The notes: generated by a model not told the origin, from the letters alone. A stretch of 47,119 nucleotides of DNA from Octopus sinensis (GCF_006345805.1 NW_021834564.1:1-47119); one strand, 5' to 3'; positions 11,241 to 25,759 are shown, numbered from the stretch's first letter. Translations and numbers: made by a program.

Positions 11241-12110
11241 GTGGCGGTGAGTAGACAGAATCGTTACCACGTCGGATAAATGCTAAACGGCATTTCTCTC
11301 TATCTTGCGTTCTAAGTTCTCATTCCACCGAGGTCGACTTTGCCTTTTATCTTGTCAGGATCGATAAAATAAGTACTGGTTGAGCGCTGGGGGGTTAATG
11401 TAATCGACTTATCCTTCCCCTTGACATTGCTGGTCTAGTGCCAAATTTTAAAATCATTAATTAAATAATTGGATTACAAGCATGGAGAGTGATTCGAATT
11501 GAATATTGCTAATGGTATTATTTACCAGTCATAAAGCGGTGAGCTTTCAAAATCGTTAGCGGCATTTCGTCCGTCGTTACGTTCGGAGTTCAAATTCCGC
11601 CGAGGTCGACTTTGCCGTTCATTCTTTTGGGGTCGATAAATTAAGTACCTATGAAACACTGAGGTTGATGTAGTCGACTAGTCCCCTCCCCGCCTCACCC
11701 AAATGTCAGGCCTTTAGTAGAAAGGATTAGTTAGCAGTCATAAGGCGGTGAGTTGGCAGAATCGTTAGCACTCCGAGCAACATGCTTAGCGGCATTTCGT
11801 CCGCCGTTACGTTTTGAGTTCAAATACTCAGGAGGTTGACTTTGACTTTTATCCTTTCAGGATCGATAAAATAAGTACACTTTGAACACTGGCGTCGATG
11901 TAATCGACTAATCCTCTTGTCCAAAATTTCAGGCCTTTTTACCTAGAGCAGAAAGGATTATTTACCAGTCTTATAAGGAATCAGTTGGCCGAGTTGTCTG
12001 AGTGTCGAGAAAAAAAGAAAATCGTTTTGAAATATTTCTTCCGGAACTTTATGATCTGAGTTCGAATTCCGCCGAGGACAGCTTTGCTTTTCATCCAACT
12101 TGAAGATGAA
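11241..12110 (+). mobile_element. Four head-to-tail copies of tRNA-derived SINE family A
   Basis: Heads at about 11241, 11533, 11742 and 11985. Each has a gagttcaaattcc-like B box and a gaggtcgactttg-like motif. A shared linker tta(c/g)cagtc(a/t)ta precedes copies 2-4. Confidence 0.85.
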
Positions 12111-12209
12111 AAACAATACCAGTCACGTACTGGACCATTTTGTGTAAATCGGAACATTATTATTAATCAAGAACTCGGAATGATTTTCCTCCTCTCTCTC
12201 TCTCTCTCA

Positions 12210-12260
<51 letters not shown>

Positions 12261-13284
12261 GTAGAAAGATAGACAAATAAATGGATATAAACAGAAAAAA
12301 ATCAAAATCAACTAATTCTCGCCTGGTTATTATTCAAATGCTGATGCCAACCGGTTCGAAGCCTAAGTAAAACAAGAAACAAGTGTGGCGTTGAACTCAG
12401 CGCTAGCAATCTCTTCTCATTAAAAAACAAAAACAACAGCTTGCTACATAAGCTGCCCAAATAAACCTAACACCTCTGTATCCTAATGGCAGGAGACGGT
12501 CTAAGGGCTATAAGCATTAAAGCCTCTGGCGGTCTCCAGTGTCTCCGAGAATTTGCAAAATGTACAGTGCGAACAGCATAATAATATAGTCAGTAACGTG
12601 ATGATAAAAATGAAGATTATATTATGACGGAGACATTAATATCTTCATCAATATTCAAGTGGCTTTCTTCGTAAGTCGTCTGAATCGGTAACAGCGTAAT
12701 GAATATAAACAGACACAAACAGAAAGAAGCATCAGTGAGATTAAGACGACGGCTCTTATATAGTTGTTTCTCAAGCTAGAAACACCAGCCAAAATTCTCC
12801 CCCAGTTGTGTCCTCTACAATCTTAATAAGAGAGTGATAGATACTGAATGCTCAAGACAATGATGAATGATATAACGCTTTTGAGCAGAGACCTGTTTTC
12901 TCAGCAACAACAGCATGCTTTCCATTTGTTTTCTAACGTAGACAACGAATAACAGATTTCCAGACAGAACTGTGTAACCGATTAAATCAAACTCATTGCG
13001 TGATTTCTTTGTGTTTTATCGAATTTCGGACAACAACAAAAAAAGAATAATAAGTCAGCCCTGACAGGATTTGAACTCAAAAACTAACTTCCATTTTTTC
13101 TGCGCTCTCGAGTTACAAAAAAGCTCCTTCTGACTTCCGTGCCAAGCGCCGTGTGGATGTCATGAATTTTTGTGAGAGAACAACATAGCGGTTACTTGTT
13201 ACCAACCTAAGAGTAATTTTGTGTAAAATACTATCGAACTGATACAATAAGGACAAGAATGGTTTTAGAGCTAACGCAATTAGA

Positions 13285-13925
13285 AAGTATAGAACCGAAA
13301 AGATGAAAGTAACGCAAAGTCGACCTCGGTGGAATTTGAACTCAGAACGAAAAGCCGAAAGAAAGACATACCGTTAAGTATTTTGTCCGACGTGCTGACG
13401 TTTCAGCCTGCCCGTCGCCTTATTCAACTAATAATAATGATTTCAAATTTTGGCACAAGGACAGCAATTTTGGGTGAACGGATAAGTCGATCACATCGAC
13501 CCCACTACTTGACTGGTACTTATTTTGTCGATTTAATGCTAACGATTTTGCCAGCTCACTACTTTATTCAATTAATAATGATGATATCTAACAAGGATGC
13601 ATAATCACATTTTGATGGGAAGGACACTGTCAATTACATAGGACTTAGTATTTGATTAGTACTTTAATTTATCGACCCAAGAAAGATAAAAGGCAAAGAT
13701 GACGTCGGTAGGTCTCGAACTCAAAGCGTTAATGAAACGATTCTGCCGATCAGCCGCCTCCTCCATCTTTCGAAATGTTGCTTTCACGCGCAGATACAAG
13801 ATCTCAGATCTGAGAGAAGGGATACAGTCGATTATATCAACCAACTACTGGATGGTTCTTTATTATATCAACCCTGAGAGGATAAAATCAAAGCTGACTT
13901 CGATGAAACTTGAACTTAAAATGTA
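13285..13925 (-). mobile_element. Cluster of about 4 truncated family A SINEs
   Basis: Repeated gtcgac...gaatttgaactcag motifs. The internally deleted copy at 13442-13563 is flanked by a 22-bp direct repeat (13420-41 and 13564-85, 2 mismatches). Confidence 0.8.
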
Positions 13926-14989
13926 AGGAGATTTTTATTTTTATTTTATTTAATTTATTATTATTTTTTTTGTCCTACCCTTAAACGATTCTGCCAATCC
14001 TACCCAACACTCTTCTGAAGTATCAAAACCTTAGCGCTATTATCCCACCTCCGCCACTTAACACTGCCTCTATCACTAAGATATATTTTAAAATAAAATC
14101 TTAGCATATCACTGTGGATAAAAGGAAAATCTCGTGCATGGTCCATTCATGCTCACCCTGCCTTTTAAGGTAAACAGACCAGTCATGGAAATGAAGAGAT
14201 ATGCAGGAGTGGAGGTGTTATCTCACTTTTCAGCAAAGGGAAAGGTTCTTATAGCGTCTAAACCCCTTCCTTCCCAACTTCAGTCTCACAGATCATAATA
14301 CAAGCCCATTTTATTTTCTAAAACCCATTTCATTTTCATCATAGAATCAGACATAAAGGCTAATACAAAATTCCCTAGATCCTGAATAAATACTAACAGC
14401 TTAAAAATACAGGCAGAGAGCTGTTATGTCGTCGTTCAAGCTGCTAGAAATAACTAACAAACGATCCTCAAATGACAACTGTTTGCACACTCTTCACTTT
14501 CTACGGCAGTGGACTATATACTGAAAATACGAATGGCTGCGTAACTTCTAAATTGAATTCAACTAATTAAACGGCAACACCTTGAAACCCAAGCAAGGAT
14601 TACAAATTAAAGGATTGTGCTTCCGATCTTACTCGTTATCTATGCAAAAAGAAAACAGAAGGAACTGGGCCACGTGGTAAGAATGGCATCTCAAAGATTT
14701 ATTTCAGCAGACACTCCCCACTGAAAGAATATGTACTAATGTAAAGATAAATGTCAAGAAGACACGGGGTGGCCAGCTCTGGGTGTTGTGATCTGATCTC
14801 AGTTACACGAGTAGGTAGCAGGGTTAGACTAAGACAACGCCTTGGGGGAAGGTACTCGTAATGAATGAGGTGTGTGATATTCAGCGGTGTTTTAACCTGA
14901 TACACACTGGGTGTTCCAGCGAGACAATATGAATGAATAATATACATGCCAAACGCACTGACAATCCTCACACACAAATGTGTGTATGT

Positions 14990-15227
14990 GTATGTAGATA
15001 TGTGTGCGTATATACATATTTATTGTGTGCGTATATGTGCATATATATATATGTGTGTGTATATATATATGTGTGTGTGTGTATATATATATATGTGTGT
15101 GTGTATATATATATATATGTGTATGTGTATATATATATATGTGTGTGTATATATATATATGTGTGTGTGTGTATATATATGTGTGTGTGTATATATATAT
15201 GTGTGTGTGTGTATATATATGTGTGTG

Positions 15228-15268
<41 letters not shown>

Positions 15269-15726
15269 ATGTGTGTGTGTGTAAATATGTGTGTGTAAAT
15301 ATATGTATGTGTGTAAATATATGTATGTATATATCCATATATATATATTTATATGCATATATTCATATATATATTTATGCATATATGCATACGTATATAT
15401 ATCTGTGTGTATGTATGTATATATGCATATATATATGTATGTATGCATATATGCTTATATGTATGTATGCATATATGCTTATATATATGTATATATGCAT
15501 ATATATGTATGTATGTATGCATATATGCTTATATATATGTATGTATATATGTATGTATATATGCATATATTTGTATGTATAAATGCATATATATATATAT
15601 GCATATATGCATACATATAAATATATCTGCATATATATGGAAATATGTGTAGTGTATACATACATATCTATATACACATACATACGCATATATGTGTATA
15701 TACATGTCTATTCATGTATGTGTATG

Positions 15727-15759
<33 letters not shown>

Positions 15760-15904
15760 GTACACGCAAACACACGTATATATACATATATATATATGTA
15801 TATATATATATATTATATATATATATATATATATAATGTACACGCAAACACACACACACACATATATATATATATTGTGTGCACATACACACACGCAAAC
15901 ACAC

Positions 15905-15937
<33 letters not shown>

Positions 15938-16005
15938 TGTGTGCACATACACACACACACACACACACACGCGCATATATATTTACTTACATATGCAAAC
16001 GACTT
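14990..16005. repeat. About 1-kb compound TA/TG/TATG/CA microsatellite
   Basis: Read directly. It is the source of many spurious ORFs. Confidence 0.95.
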
Positions 16006-16528
16006 GCTAGAAACAGCAGCCAAATTTCCGTCAAATCACATCTTACTGCTTTAAGAAAAAGACATGTTGCCTAATGTGGTCATGAGTTCCTTGCACACGT
16101 CGGAAATAGATAGGATGGATGGTCACGGCAGGAATGTATTTGATCATAGAACAGCCAGGATCTGGGATTAAACAACAGCAACAATCAAAAGTGTAACATA
16201 TGTATGTGTGTGTGTGTGTGTGTGTGTGTGAAAGTGTATGAGTGTGTGTGTTTGTGAATGTGTGTCTGTATACGTATGTATAATAGGGTGGTGGTAGTGA
16301 TGGTGGTCGCTGTCACCGTTATGGCCATAGTTACGATGATGATGATGACTGTGTCCATTGCGTCAGTCTTCTTTGAAGTATAATTAATTCCACAGTAACA
16401 GTTAATTCCCGTAATTTGTCGCTGATGACAGAGAGCACCGTAAAGATGAGACCAGACTCTGCATAGTAATAATAATAATAATAAGAAGAAGAAGAATGAT
16501 AATAGTAAAAATAACAATGATAATAATA

Positions 16529-16902
16529 ATAAGAGCACTCAGAGAGGGCAAACCTCCGCCAAGGCAACACCATCGTCCTCTCAACGATTAGCCGAAGATT
16601 ATTTTCTAAAATGAGAATATCTTAAATAAATTCGACTGCTTTCACAAACGAGAATACTAAAAATTAATCCGACCGCTCTCAAAGATTAAGTAGAAAAATA
16701 GGAAAAATAATCCAAAATCCTTATCCGGTATCGAATCGATCCCCAAATCTAATCAGTTCGTGCCAGTCACGAGGCTAAACATCTCTGAAAAATTCATCCA
16801 AATCCATTCAGCGGTTCTTGAGATATGTTGTCCAAAGAGAAACAGACAAACAAACAAACGCGACTGAGAAACAATACCCTTGCCTTCGCTAAGTCGGAGG
16901 TA
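16529..16902 (+). mobile_element. Non-autonomous Helentron-type element (HINE/DINE-1-like)
   Basis: Starts taagagcactc, with subterminal inverted repeats ACCTCCG (16552-58) and CGGAGGT (16895-901) and an internal acagacaaacaaac microsatellite near the 3' end. Confidence 0.65.
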
Positions 16903-18098
16903 TTAAGGAAGATGTCCGTATTTGGTTGTGCAGCATTAGCCATGCGGTTAGATCAGAAGTTTTGTTTTCTCACCTACGCGAATCAGGTTTCAAATCCACT
17001 TTCAAAAGCTCATTTTTATCATAGTCTCGAGTCAATTAAAGTCTTGCGAATGAAATTTGGATGGCAGAAATTTTGTGTAAGTTCCTCTGAATGATTGTTC
17101 TTGAGTCGTTACCTGAAAGGGGAAGACGAGGAATTTGATGTTCTCGTACGGGGTTCTACCTTTTCCTATAGGAAAAAGAAATATAATTTCTCAGACGAAG
17201 ATTCAACTCCGAAACATAGACTTATTTAAATTCATGAAATTCAGTATACAGTTCGACATCGATAACCCGAACATGACGGGCAGAGAGCATTTTATTCGAT
17301 AATCCATTGCTCGGATAAATGAGATGATCGTAAAGAAAGTGAAGCTATACGGATCAGAATTTACGTAAAAAGAGAAAATGGTCAAATATATTGAGAGATT
17401 TTTGTCTTTCAGACGATAAAATGTTGTGCTCTCGAGCAATCAGTAGTACCTTTCCACCACGATCCGGTCTCTGTAAAATTCTTATTTTTCTTTTCGATTC
17501 TCAATGGTGATCACTTTCTCTCCACAGACATGGTAAGAGCATCAAACTTGATTTACTTGGAACGGATACGTAGTGAGATCAAAGTTGCTGTGCGATGAAT
17601 GCACAACTGATTTTGCCTTACATTTACATCCTTCAGCATGTCGGCCATTTTTGTGTTAAAATTGCTTTAAGGACCAACTGAGATCAAATTGGTGGCCTGA
17701 TCGATAACTGTAAACAATTGGTGGCGCTTTGATAACTGTAAACAAAGGAATTGATGACACGATCGTTGCAAGAGTGTCAGTTATACATCTTTGAGGTATC
17801 AGATTTACTTAATACATTCAATTATTCCAAGTTATTTTTTGCTATTGTAAACAAAAAACGAAATGCTTGCACCGGTATTACACTCAAGTTGGGTTACAGG
17901 CAATATGGCTGATTAAGTATTAACGGGACTTTGAGATTTTAATCTGAAATTCATATAATTAATATTTGGCTTACCATAGTTATACAGACTAAGTCCATAT
18001 AATTATTGCTGACACTAACAAGTACTAGTTCCTTTGTTTTTTAGATTTTTTTAAAGTGTAATTTATTCATTATTATATAAGATTATAATATGATAGAA

Positions 18099-18290
18099 GG
18101 TGCCGAGCTGGCAGAAGCATTCGAGACATTTCGTCCGTCTTTACGTTCTGAGTTCGAATTCCGCCAAAGTTAACTTTGCTTTTTATTCTTCCAGAATCGA
18201 TAAAATAAGTACCAGTTAAGCACAAGGGTCAATGTAATCAACTAACCATCTTCCCTAAATTTTTCAGACTTTGTGCCTATACTAGGAAGG
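18099..18290 (+). mobile_element. Family A SINE
   Basis: gagctggcagaa head, gagttcgaattcc B box and gataaaataagtaccag body. Confidence 0.85.
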
Positions 18291-18872
18291 TTTATACTCA
18301 CAATAGGAGTAAGAGTGGTCGGATGGTTAACAAGTTAGTTTCGCAGCCAAGAGACTACAAGTTCAATCTCACTGTATAACATTTTGCGCAAGCATCTTCT
18401 AACATATTCTTAAGTCTACTCAAGTTTTGCGAGTGAACATCTTAGGAAACGGGATATGTTTGGAAGCCCGTCGTATGAGAATGGACTATAGCTATATTTC
18501 AATGAACCAGTCTTTTCACATGTCACAGTCTTTTCGAGAATTCCACTAAGAGTAGCTGCATCTGTAAAATATTCAGCCACTAAAATGTTTAATTTGATAA
18601 GTAGTTGTTCTTTACAGCGAACAATTGGAACACTCGTCGTCGAATACGACGGGGAATTATTCACATAGACAATTATTCACTATACAAAATTAATAAACGA
18701 ACATTGAAATATTAGTCTTATTTTTCTCTATCTTGTGATGCATGTGATTGGTGTACCTTTATCAGGCGAGCAGTCGTGATGGGTATAATGGGCTTCATAT
18801 ATTTGTTCCCTAGTGTCACTTTGATGGCATGCACTACTCCCTTACTCAATAATAATAATAATAATAATAATA

Positions 18873-18902
<30 letters not shown>

Positions 18903-18903
<1 letters not shown>

Positions 18904-19104
18904 TCACATTTCTCCTCAAATTTGTGGAGAGGGGTCTAGTTGATTGCATCGACCCCGTTGTTTCACTGGTACTTAATTTATTGACCCCGAAAGGATGAAA
19001 GGTAAAGTCGATCTCTGCGGAATTTGAACTCAGAATGTAGCGATGGACGGAATACCGCTAAGCATTTCGTCCACTGTGCTAATGATTCTGCCAGCTCGCC
19101 ACCT
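18903..19104 (-). mobile_element. Family A SINE
   Basis: Reverse complement of the full family A consensus seen elsewhere in the window. Confidence 0.9.
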
Positions 19105-19149
19105 TAATAATAATAATGATGACGATGATGATGATGATGATGATGAAGG

Positions 19150-19400
19150 ACTCTATCGGCGACGACCAATGTGTGTTCAGTTTTTGCCGAAGACCTGCAC
19201 AAATTATTTGTTTATGGTGATCAAATGTACATGTTGCACATTAGCTTACTCCGTCCATCAAATCGACGCTGCTGGAACAGGTACACGGTGCGTCACGGAC
19301 GGATCAGGTGTCGAAGTGATCGCAGAGCAACGCGAGATGAAGTGGTTTGGTCAAGAACACAACGCACCAGCTGATCCAAGAAACGAAACCTAACCGCTAA
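19150..19400 (-). mobile_element. Family D SINE
   Basis: Reverse-complement similarity to 10440-10615. Confidence 0.7.
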
Positions 19401-20439
19401 ATGGATATAAAGCCACAAATTTTTATCGGGAGATGTTAGTCAATTAAAATCAGTCACCAGTACTTAATTGATATTTTATTTTATCGGCTCCAGAGAAATG
19501 AAAGCAAGGTTGACTTCAACAAAGATTGAATTCAGACGGTAAAAGAGCATCACTAAACACTGAAAGTTATTTAGTCCGACGCTTTACCAATTCAACCATC
19601 TACTATTTCCTTTGCCACATGCACACATTCAAGATACTCATAAAGGGATAGGTATACTTGAGTAAAATGACTCAAAGCGGACACTTATTTTATCGATCTC
19701 GGATCATAGAAAGCCAAAAGACAACCTCTCTTTAGATTCGAACGTAGACCCTTAAAGTACGTTCTTAAATACCACAAGTGATTTTGTCTAGAGTTCTACT
19801 GATTTTGCCACCCACCGCATCGTTTATGTCAGTGTAGAGTAAATTATATCTTTAATTTTAATATAACCTTGGTTGTTCTTTGAAAAGATAATGACGATGA
19901 TGATGATGACGACTGATAACTTTATTTATTCCTCTCGCCAGTCTCGGGTGTCCTCGAAGATGCTGTAATTGCTACTGTTATTACTCTGACTTAGCTATGA
20001 AAAAAAGGTTACGATAAAAGAAAAAATAGTTAAACACACGCAAGCATACATACATACATACATACATACATACACACACACACAAGCATACATACACACA
20101 CATACACACACATACATACATACACACACACATACATACACACACACACATACATACACACACACACACACACATACGCACGCGTATTCACACTTAAATA
20201 TAAGAAAATGTTAACATTTTTTGTACTATAATTGTCAGGGACAAGTACCTCTGACAAAGAAATATAGGAAATCGGTGTGTCCTTTTTAAAGGAAATTTGA
20301 TGCCCTTTTACTGGCTTGTGATAGAATTTTGGATGAACCTGAAGGTTTATGACAGACACTAAACGTGAATTATTTTTTTCCTGTCGTTCCCATTTAGTTC
20401 AATAAAAATAATGTCTCATCGGAAACATGACTTTTCTAA

Positions 20440-21100
20440 CTGCTGCTGCGTCTATCATAACTGCTTATTAAAACACATGAGATAACTGCTTATTCAAACA
20501 ATAATGTGACTGTTCTTGGCATTCTCAGCTTGATCAATCGTTAACATTTGGTTGCAAAACAAATGAGAGGGTTACTACAAGATACCCTTGTCATCGTGGC
20601 TATAGCAGTCAACTTTATCAAACCGAATGCACTTCAAGTTCTTTTTGAGGAAATTTGCGACAAAATTGACGGAAACTTTGAAAGTCAATTGATGCATACA
20701 GCAGTGCGATGATTATCAAAAGATAATTGTCTTTGTTGCTTTGTGGAACTTTTGGACAATATTGTTCCATTTCTAAATAATAAGTCACTTTATGAACAGC
20801 TGATTGCTGCCAGATGTAATATATTTTATCTCCCAGACATATTTCAGAAGCTTAATTTTCTGATCAAACAGTTATAAGGAGAAAATGATAATCTAATAAC
20901 TCGCAAAGAGACTATTAATGCTTTCATTGAAAAACTCAAGCTATTCAGAAATAATTATAGGATGTCGAGAGTTGGTGCAGTTTCTGACTGTGTTCATAGA
21001 ATCTGAATTGAAAGTTGATAATATTTTCATTTGTTGAGCATTTTAAGTATTAGTACAAGTGATATGAAAGTTCGGTTCAGCGACTTACTCGAGACGAATA
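20440..21100 (+). pseudogene. Decayed hAT transposase fragment (Charlie/Buster, SCAND3/ZBED8-like)
   Basis: The frame through 20608 reads HLVAKQM...VNFIKPNALQVLFEEIC...LMHTAVR*LSK...FYLPDIFQKLNFLIKQL*GEN...NAFIEKLKLF. This matches the VNFIK / HTEVRWLS / YLADIF / LQG motifs, with two nonsense codons. Confidence 0.85.
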
Positions 21101-21589
21101 TTTCAGAATACTATGCTTGTAATAAACCTCTTCTGTCACCTTCTTCTTGCGACGGACGCAATATCTTTCAAAGTTGATGATACCTGGAATCGTTGATGTC
21201 TGCTGGGCTGTGAAGGTTTACGCTCTAACCCAACTTAAAAAGTACTAACAGCACCACGATTCATTTGGAATTCTCAGTCGTCGTCTCTTGCTGGGAGAAG
21301 CCTTTGAGCCATTTGTGTCAGTCAACTGAATTCAATATTTGATGGAGACATATTTTTGTCACATCCAGTAAATTGAAAGATCCTCGCAAGCATTTGAACT
21401 CCAGACGTAAATAACGTAACAGCAGCTGCTCTAACGGTCCTGCCAGTTTACCAGTCATCAGCAAAATGGTGAAACGGAACTAAAGTTTTACAAATTTTCA
21501 AAGGAGAAACTGTCTCAAAGGTATCAGTGTTTAAGATTTAAAGATCCCTAGTTGGAAAAGATAACGGGACTTTGAATTATTCTGCATCT

Positions 21590-21960
21590 ATTGACTTCAC
21601 GTTCTGAGTTCAAATTACGCCGTGGCCGACTTTGGACTTCATTCTCTTGGGGTTCGATAAAATAGGTACTAGTTAAGTATCGGGGTCGATGTAACTGACC
21701 ATCCCCCTCCCCATTTCCAGCCTTGTGCTTGCAGTAGAAGCGATTATTTCTAACATAAACAAAGCAGCGAGTCGGACAAAATGCCTAGCAGCATTTATTT
21801 CGACTCTTTATATATTGAGGACAAATTGCGCCAAGATTGTTTTCGCCTTTCATTCTTTCAGGGTCGATGAAATAAATACCAGTCAAGTACTGAAGTCTTG
21901 GTTGTCAACTAAACCCCACCCCTAAAAAATTACTGGCCTTGTGCAAAAATTAGGATAAAC
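21590..21960 (+). mobile_element. Two diverged family A SINEs
   Basis: gttctgagttcaaatt...gggtcgatg...ggccttgtgc motifs occur twice. Confidence 0.75.
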
Positions 21961-22102
21961 TCGTTCAGGCATAAGCACAAAACCTGAAAGTTAGGGAATG
22001 GAATTCGTCGATTAAATCAACATCTTACTTTATTTATGCCACACCAAAGTTGGTTCTAGGAAGATTTGAACTCGAAACCAATGCGATGATAATTGCTTGT
22101 AA

Positions 22103-22317
22103 AGGCGGTGAGCTGGCAGAAACGTTAGCGCGCCGGGCGAAATGCTTAGTGGTATTTCGTCTGTTTTACGTTCTGAGTTCAAATTCCGCCAAGATTGACT
22201 TTAACTTTTCATCCTTTCGGGATCGATAAATTAAGTACCAGTTGCGCACTGGGGTCGATCTAATCGACTGCACCCTCCCCAAAATTTCGGGTTTCGTGCC
22301 TAGAGTAGAAAAGGTTA
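22103..22317 (+). mobile_element. Full-length family A SINE (short tail) with a 14-bp TSD
   Basis: ATAATTGCTTGTAA at 22089-22102 and 22318-22331. A and B boxes are intact. Confidence 0.95.
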
Positions 22318-22697
22318 ATAATTGCTTGTAATATAAGGACGAGGCCAGAAATCGGCGAGTTGATTATATTCATCCCAATGTTCGACTGGCACTTATTTCA
22401 TCAACGCCGAAAAGATTTAAGGTCGACCTCAATGGAATTTGAATTCACAGCGCAAAGACTGACAAAATTCTACAAAGCATATTGTCTGTGTGTAAACGAT
22501 TCTGATATCAATTGTATGAAAGCAAGAGCGATAACAATTGACGGATAAGTAGATAGATATACGTACATACGATTGTGTGCGCGCGCATGCATGTATGCGC
22601 GTTTTGAACATATATTAAGAATCTCCGATGAGTAGGAAGAGGAGAAGTTTAGGCGGTGGAGCAGATGTCAGTTTGATTTAATGCCAGAGCTCGAATA

Positions 22698-23106
22698 ACT
22701 CTCTTTACTCTTTTACTTGTTTCAGTCATTTGACTGCGGCCATGCTGGAGCACCGCCTTTAGTCGAGCAAATCGACCCCAGGACTTATTCTTTGTAAGCC
22801 TAGTACTTATTCTATCGGTCTCTTTTTGCCGAACCGCTAAGTTACGGGACATAAACACACTAGCATCGGTTGTCAGGCGATGTTGGGGGGACAAACACAG
22901 ACACAGAAACACATACACACACATTATATATACACACATATACGACGGGCTTCTTTCAGTTTCCGTCTACCAAATCCACTCACAAGGCTTTGGTCGGCCT
23001 GAGGCTATAGTAGAAAACACTTGTCCAAGGTGCCACGCAGTGGGACTGAACCCGGAACCATGTGGTTGGCAAGCAAGCTAATTACCACACAACCACTCCT
23101 GCGCCT
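22698..23106 (-). mobile_element. Full-length CORE-type SINE (family B) with an internal microsatellite
   Basis: tRNA-like head (TGGTTGTGTGG, GGGTTCAGTCCC), the CORE-like motif accttgg(g/a)caagtg (MIR core GACCTTGGGCAAGT) and an (AAGAGTA)n tail. Confidence 0.95.
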
Positions 23107-23699
23107 TTCTTTTTTCTCTCTGATCGTTAAAAATAAGGTGCAGCCATGAGCAAGGTGCGATCCAAGCAACAGTTCCCTTCCATACTAAAGTAAAATATAA
23201 TAATAATAATAACATTGTAGACTTGTGCATGTGATAGAAATTAATATGACCATCGTCATCATTATCATCATCATCATCATCATCATTATTATCAACATCT
23301 TTTATGATCATCCTTATTCATTCATCATCGTCATTCATCATTTCTGTATCGTTCGCCGCAAATTTCTGGTTTTTTTTTTGTTTTGTTTTGTTTGTTTGTT
23401 TTTTTTGTTTTTTTTTATCTTTTTTTTCCTGAAGTAGGAAATGCAAACCATGAGGTAAAGTGATTAATTTTTTTTTTATCAGTTAGTTACTTCCACGTTC
23501 CTATGCGACTATTTCCATGAGATAACTCACTCATTCCCTAGGCACATACATGCAGACATAGAAACACGTGTATACCTACGTACGCAAACTCACAAAGAAG
23601 GAAAGGTGGCGTATTTGGCTTATATATGTGGATGTGGCTGTGCGCCAACTTCATGCAATATCATTTTACTAATGACGTTTAAGAACGTGGTTAAATATA

Positions 23700-24170
23700 C
23701 CAACATACATACATACATATAAATATATATATATACATATACATGTGTGTATGTATGTATGTATATGTATACATGTGTGTATGTATGTATATATATACAT
23801 GTGTGTATGTATGTATGTATATGTATACATGTATGTGTGTATGTATGTATATGTATACATGTGTGTATGTATGTATATATATACATGTGTGTATGTATGT
23901 ATGTATGTATATATATACATGTGTGTATGTATGTGTATATGTATACATGTGTGTATGTATATATATACATGTGTGTATGTATGTATGTATATACATGTGT
24001 GTATGTATGTATGTATATATATACATGTGTGTATGTATGTATATATATACATGTGTGTATGTATGTATGTATATATACATGTGTATATGTATGTATGTAT
24101 AAATACATGTGTGTATGTATGTATGTATATATACATGTGTGTATGTATGTATATATATGCATGTGTGTAT
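23700..24170. repeat. Minisatellite, unit of about 26-30 bp (atacatgtgtgtatgtatgtatat)
   Basis: The acatgtgtgtatgtatg anchor recurs repeatedly at about 26-30-bp intervals. Confidence 0.9.
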
Positions 24171-24826
24171 GTATATACACACCTACACTCAAATACATTC
24201 ACACGTATACACGTATCCATATTTACATGATGTATGTATGCATGTACATATGGATATATAAACATACACACACATGCATGCATGTAAACTCACGCATATC
24301 CATTTTACTAATGACTTTTAAAAGCCTGGTTATATATCTATATATACGTGAGCCTTTCTATGTGTGCATGGATATATATATATATATATGTATGTATATA
24401 TGTATGTAGGTATGTATATATGTATGTATATCCACACACAATATTCATTCATGCATTTCTTACAAGTGTATGTAGGTGCGTGCTTGTTCAGAACATAAAC
24501 AGTCAAGACTCCACATATAATGACGTGTATTATTCGTAGAATCGCATACACCTCCGCACCTCAACACACACACACACACACACACACACACGTACAGATA
24601 CGCACGCATTACACCATATACATACGTCACACAAAACAAGCATAATTTTTACACACATACGCAACACACAAAAACTATTTCATTGAGAGGATTCTGTGAA
24701 TGGTCTTATTTTTTTGTTTGTTTGTTTGTATTCTTTACTTGTTAGCTTTATCAAGTTCAGCAACATAGAGTTTCCAACGCATAACATCGAACCATACATA
24801 CATTTATGCATCTTATCCATCAATCC

Positions 24827-24858
<32 letters not shown>

Positions 24859-25121
24859 TCATACGTACATGCATGCATTACGTTACATTAGCATTGCATT
24901 ACACACATAGGCAGAGATTTTAACAGTTTCAACCTGTCAGATATGATAGTCTTACTACAGCTTCAATAATACTATATATCCATTTAGCTGGATTTGTTTT
25001 TAGATGGTTTTTTTGGCAAAAACTTGTAAAGCTTTAACGATAGGGAGTTTAGCTGAATTGCTTTACATTGCTTTCATGCAACCGCACGGACACACACACA
25101 CACATACACATACACATACAC

Positions 25122-25152
<31 letters not shown>

Positions 25153-25759
25153 TACACATGCACACATGCACGCACGCACGCACGCTCGCACACATACGTA
25201 CGCTCGTATAAGCTTCTTGTATATGTTAATAATACCTGTATGTATGTATGTATGTATGTATGTATGTATGTATGTATGTATGTATGTGTATAGTATAATA
25301 CATAAATGTATGTAGGTATATACTCTGTGTGTGTGTAAATATATATACACACACTCACATGTCATGAGAAACACGCTATCTTAAAGATAGCGTATTTGGT
25401 ATTGCCATATCTATGTTGAGTTTTCTATATTCGTTTCTTTGTGCGTTGAATCCAGATGTCGCTAAAGTTAACTTTGTCTCCCATTTCATTCTTTAAAAGG
25501 CCTTAAATATAGTATAATTTCAGTAGTTCAGACGAGGGTTCGTCTAACCTCATTTCCCGTTTCTCTCGCTGCCTTCCACTCTGAAACAAATCAGCTATGC
25601 GCTGACTTCTATACATAAGATGTCCAAGAGATATTGTATGTCATATCGGCGTTCTGGCGATTGCAGCAAGGTGTGGAGACCCAAGGAAAAGAGAATGTCT
25701 ATATAGGAGCAGGCATGACTGGTAGAAATAACAACCAAATCTTCCTTTAAACATGCCTT

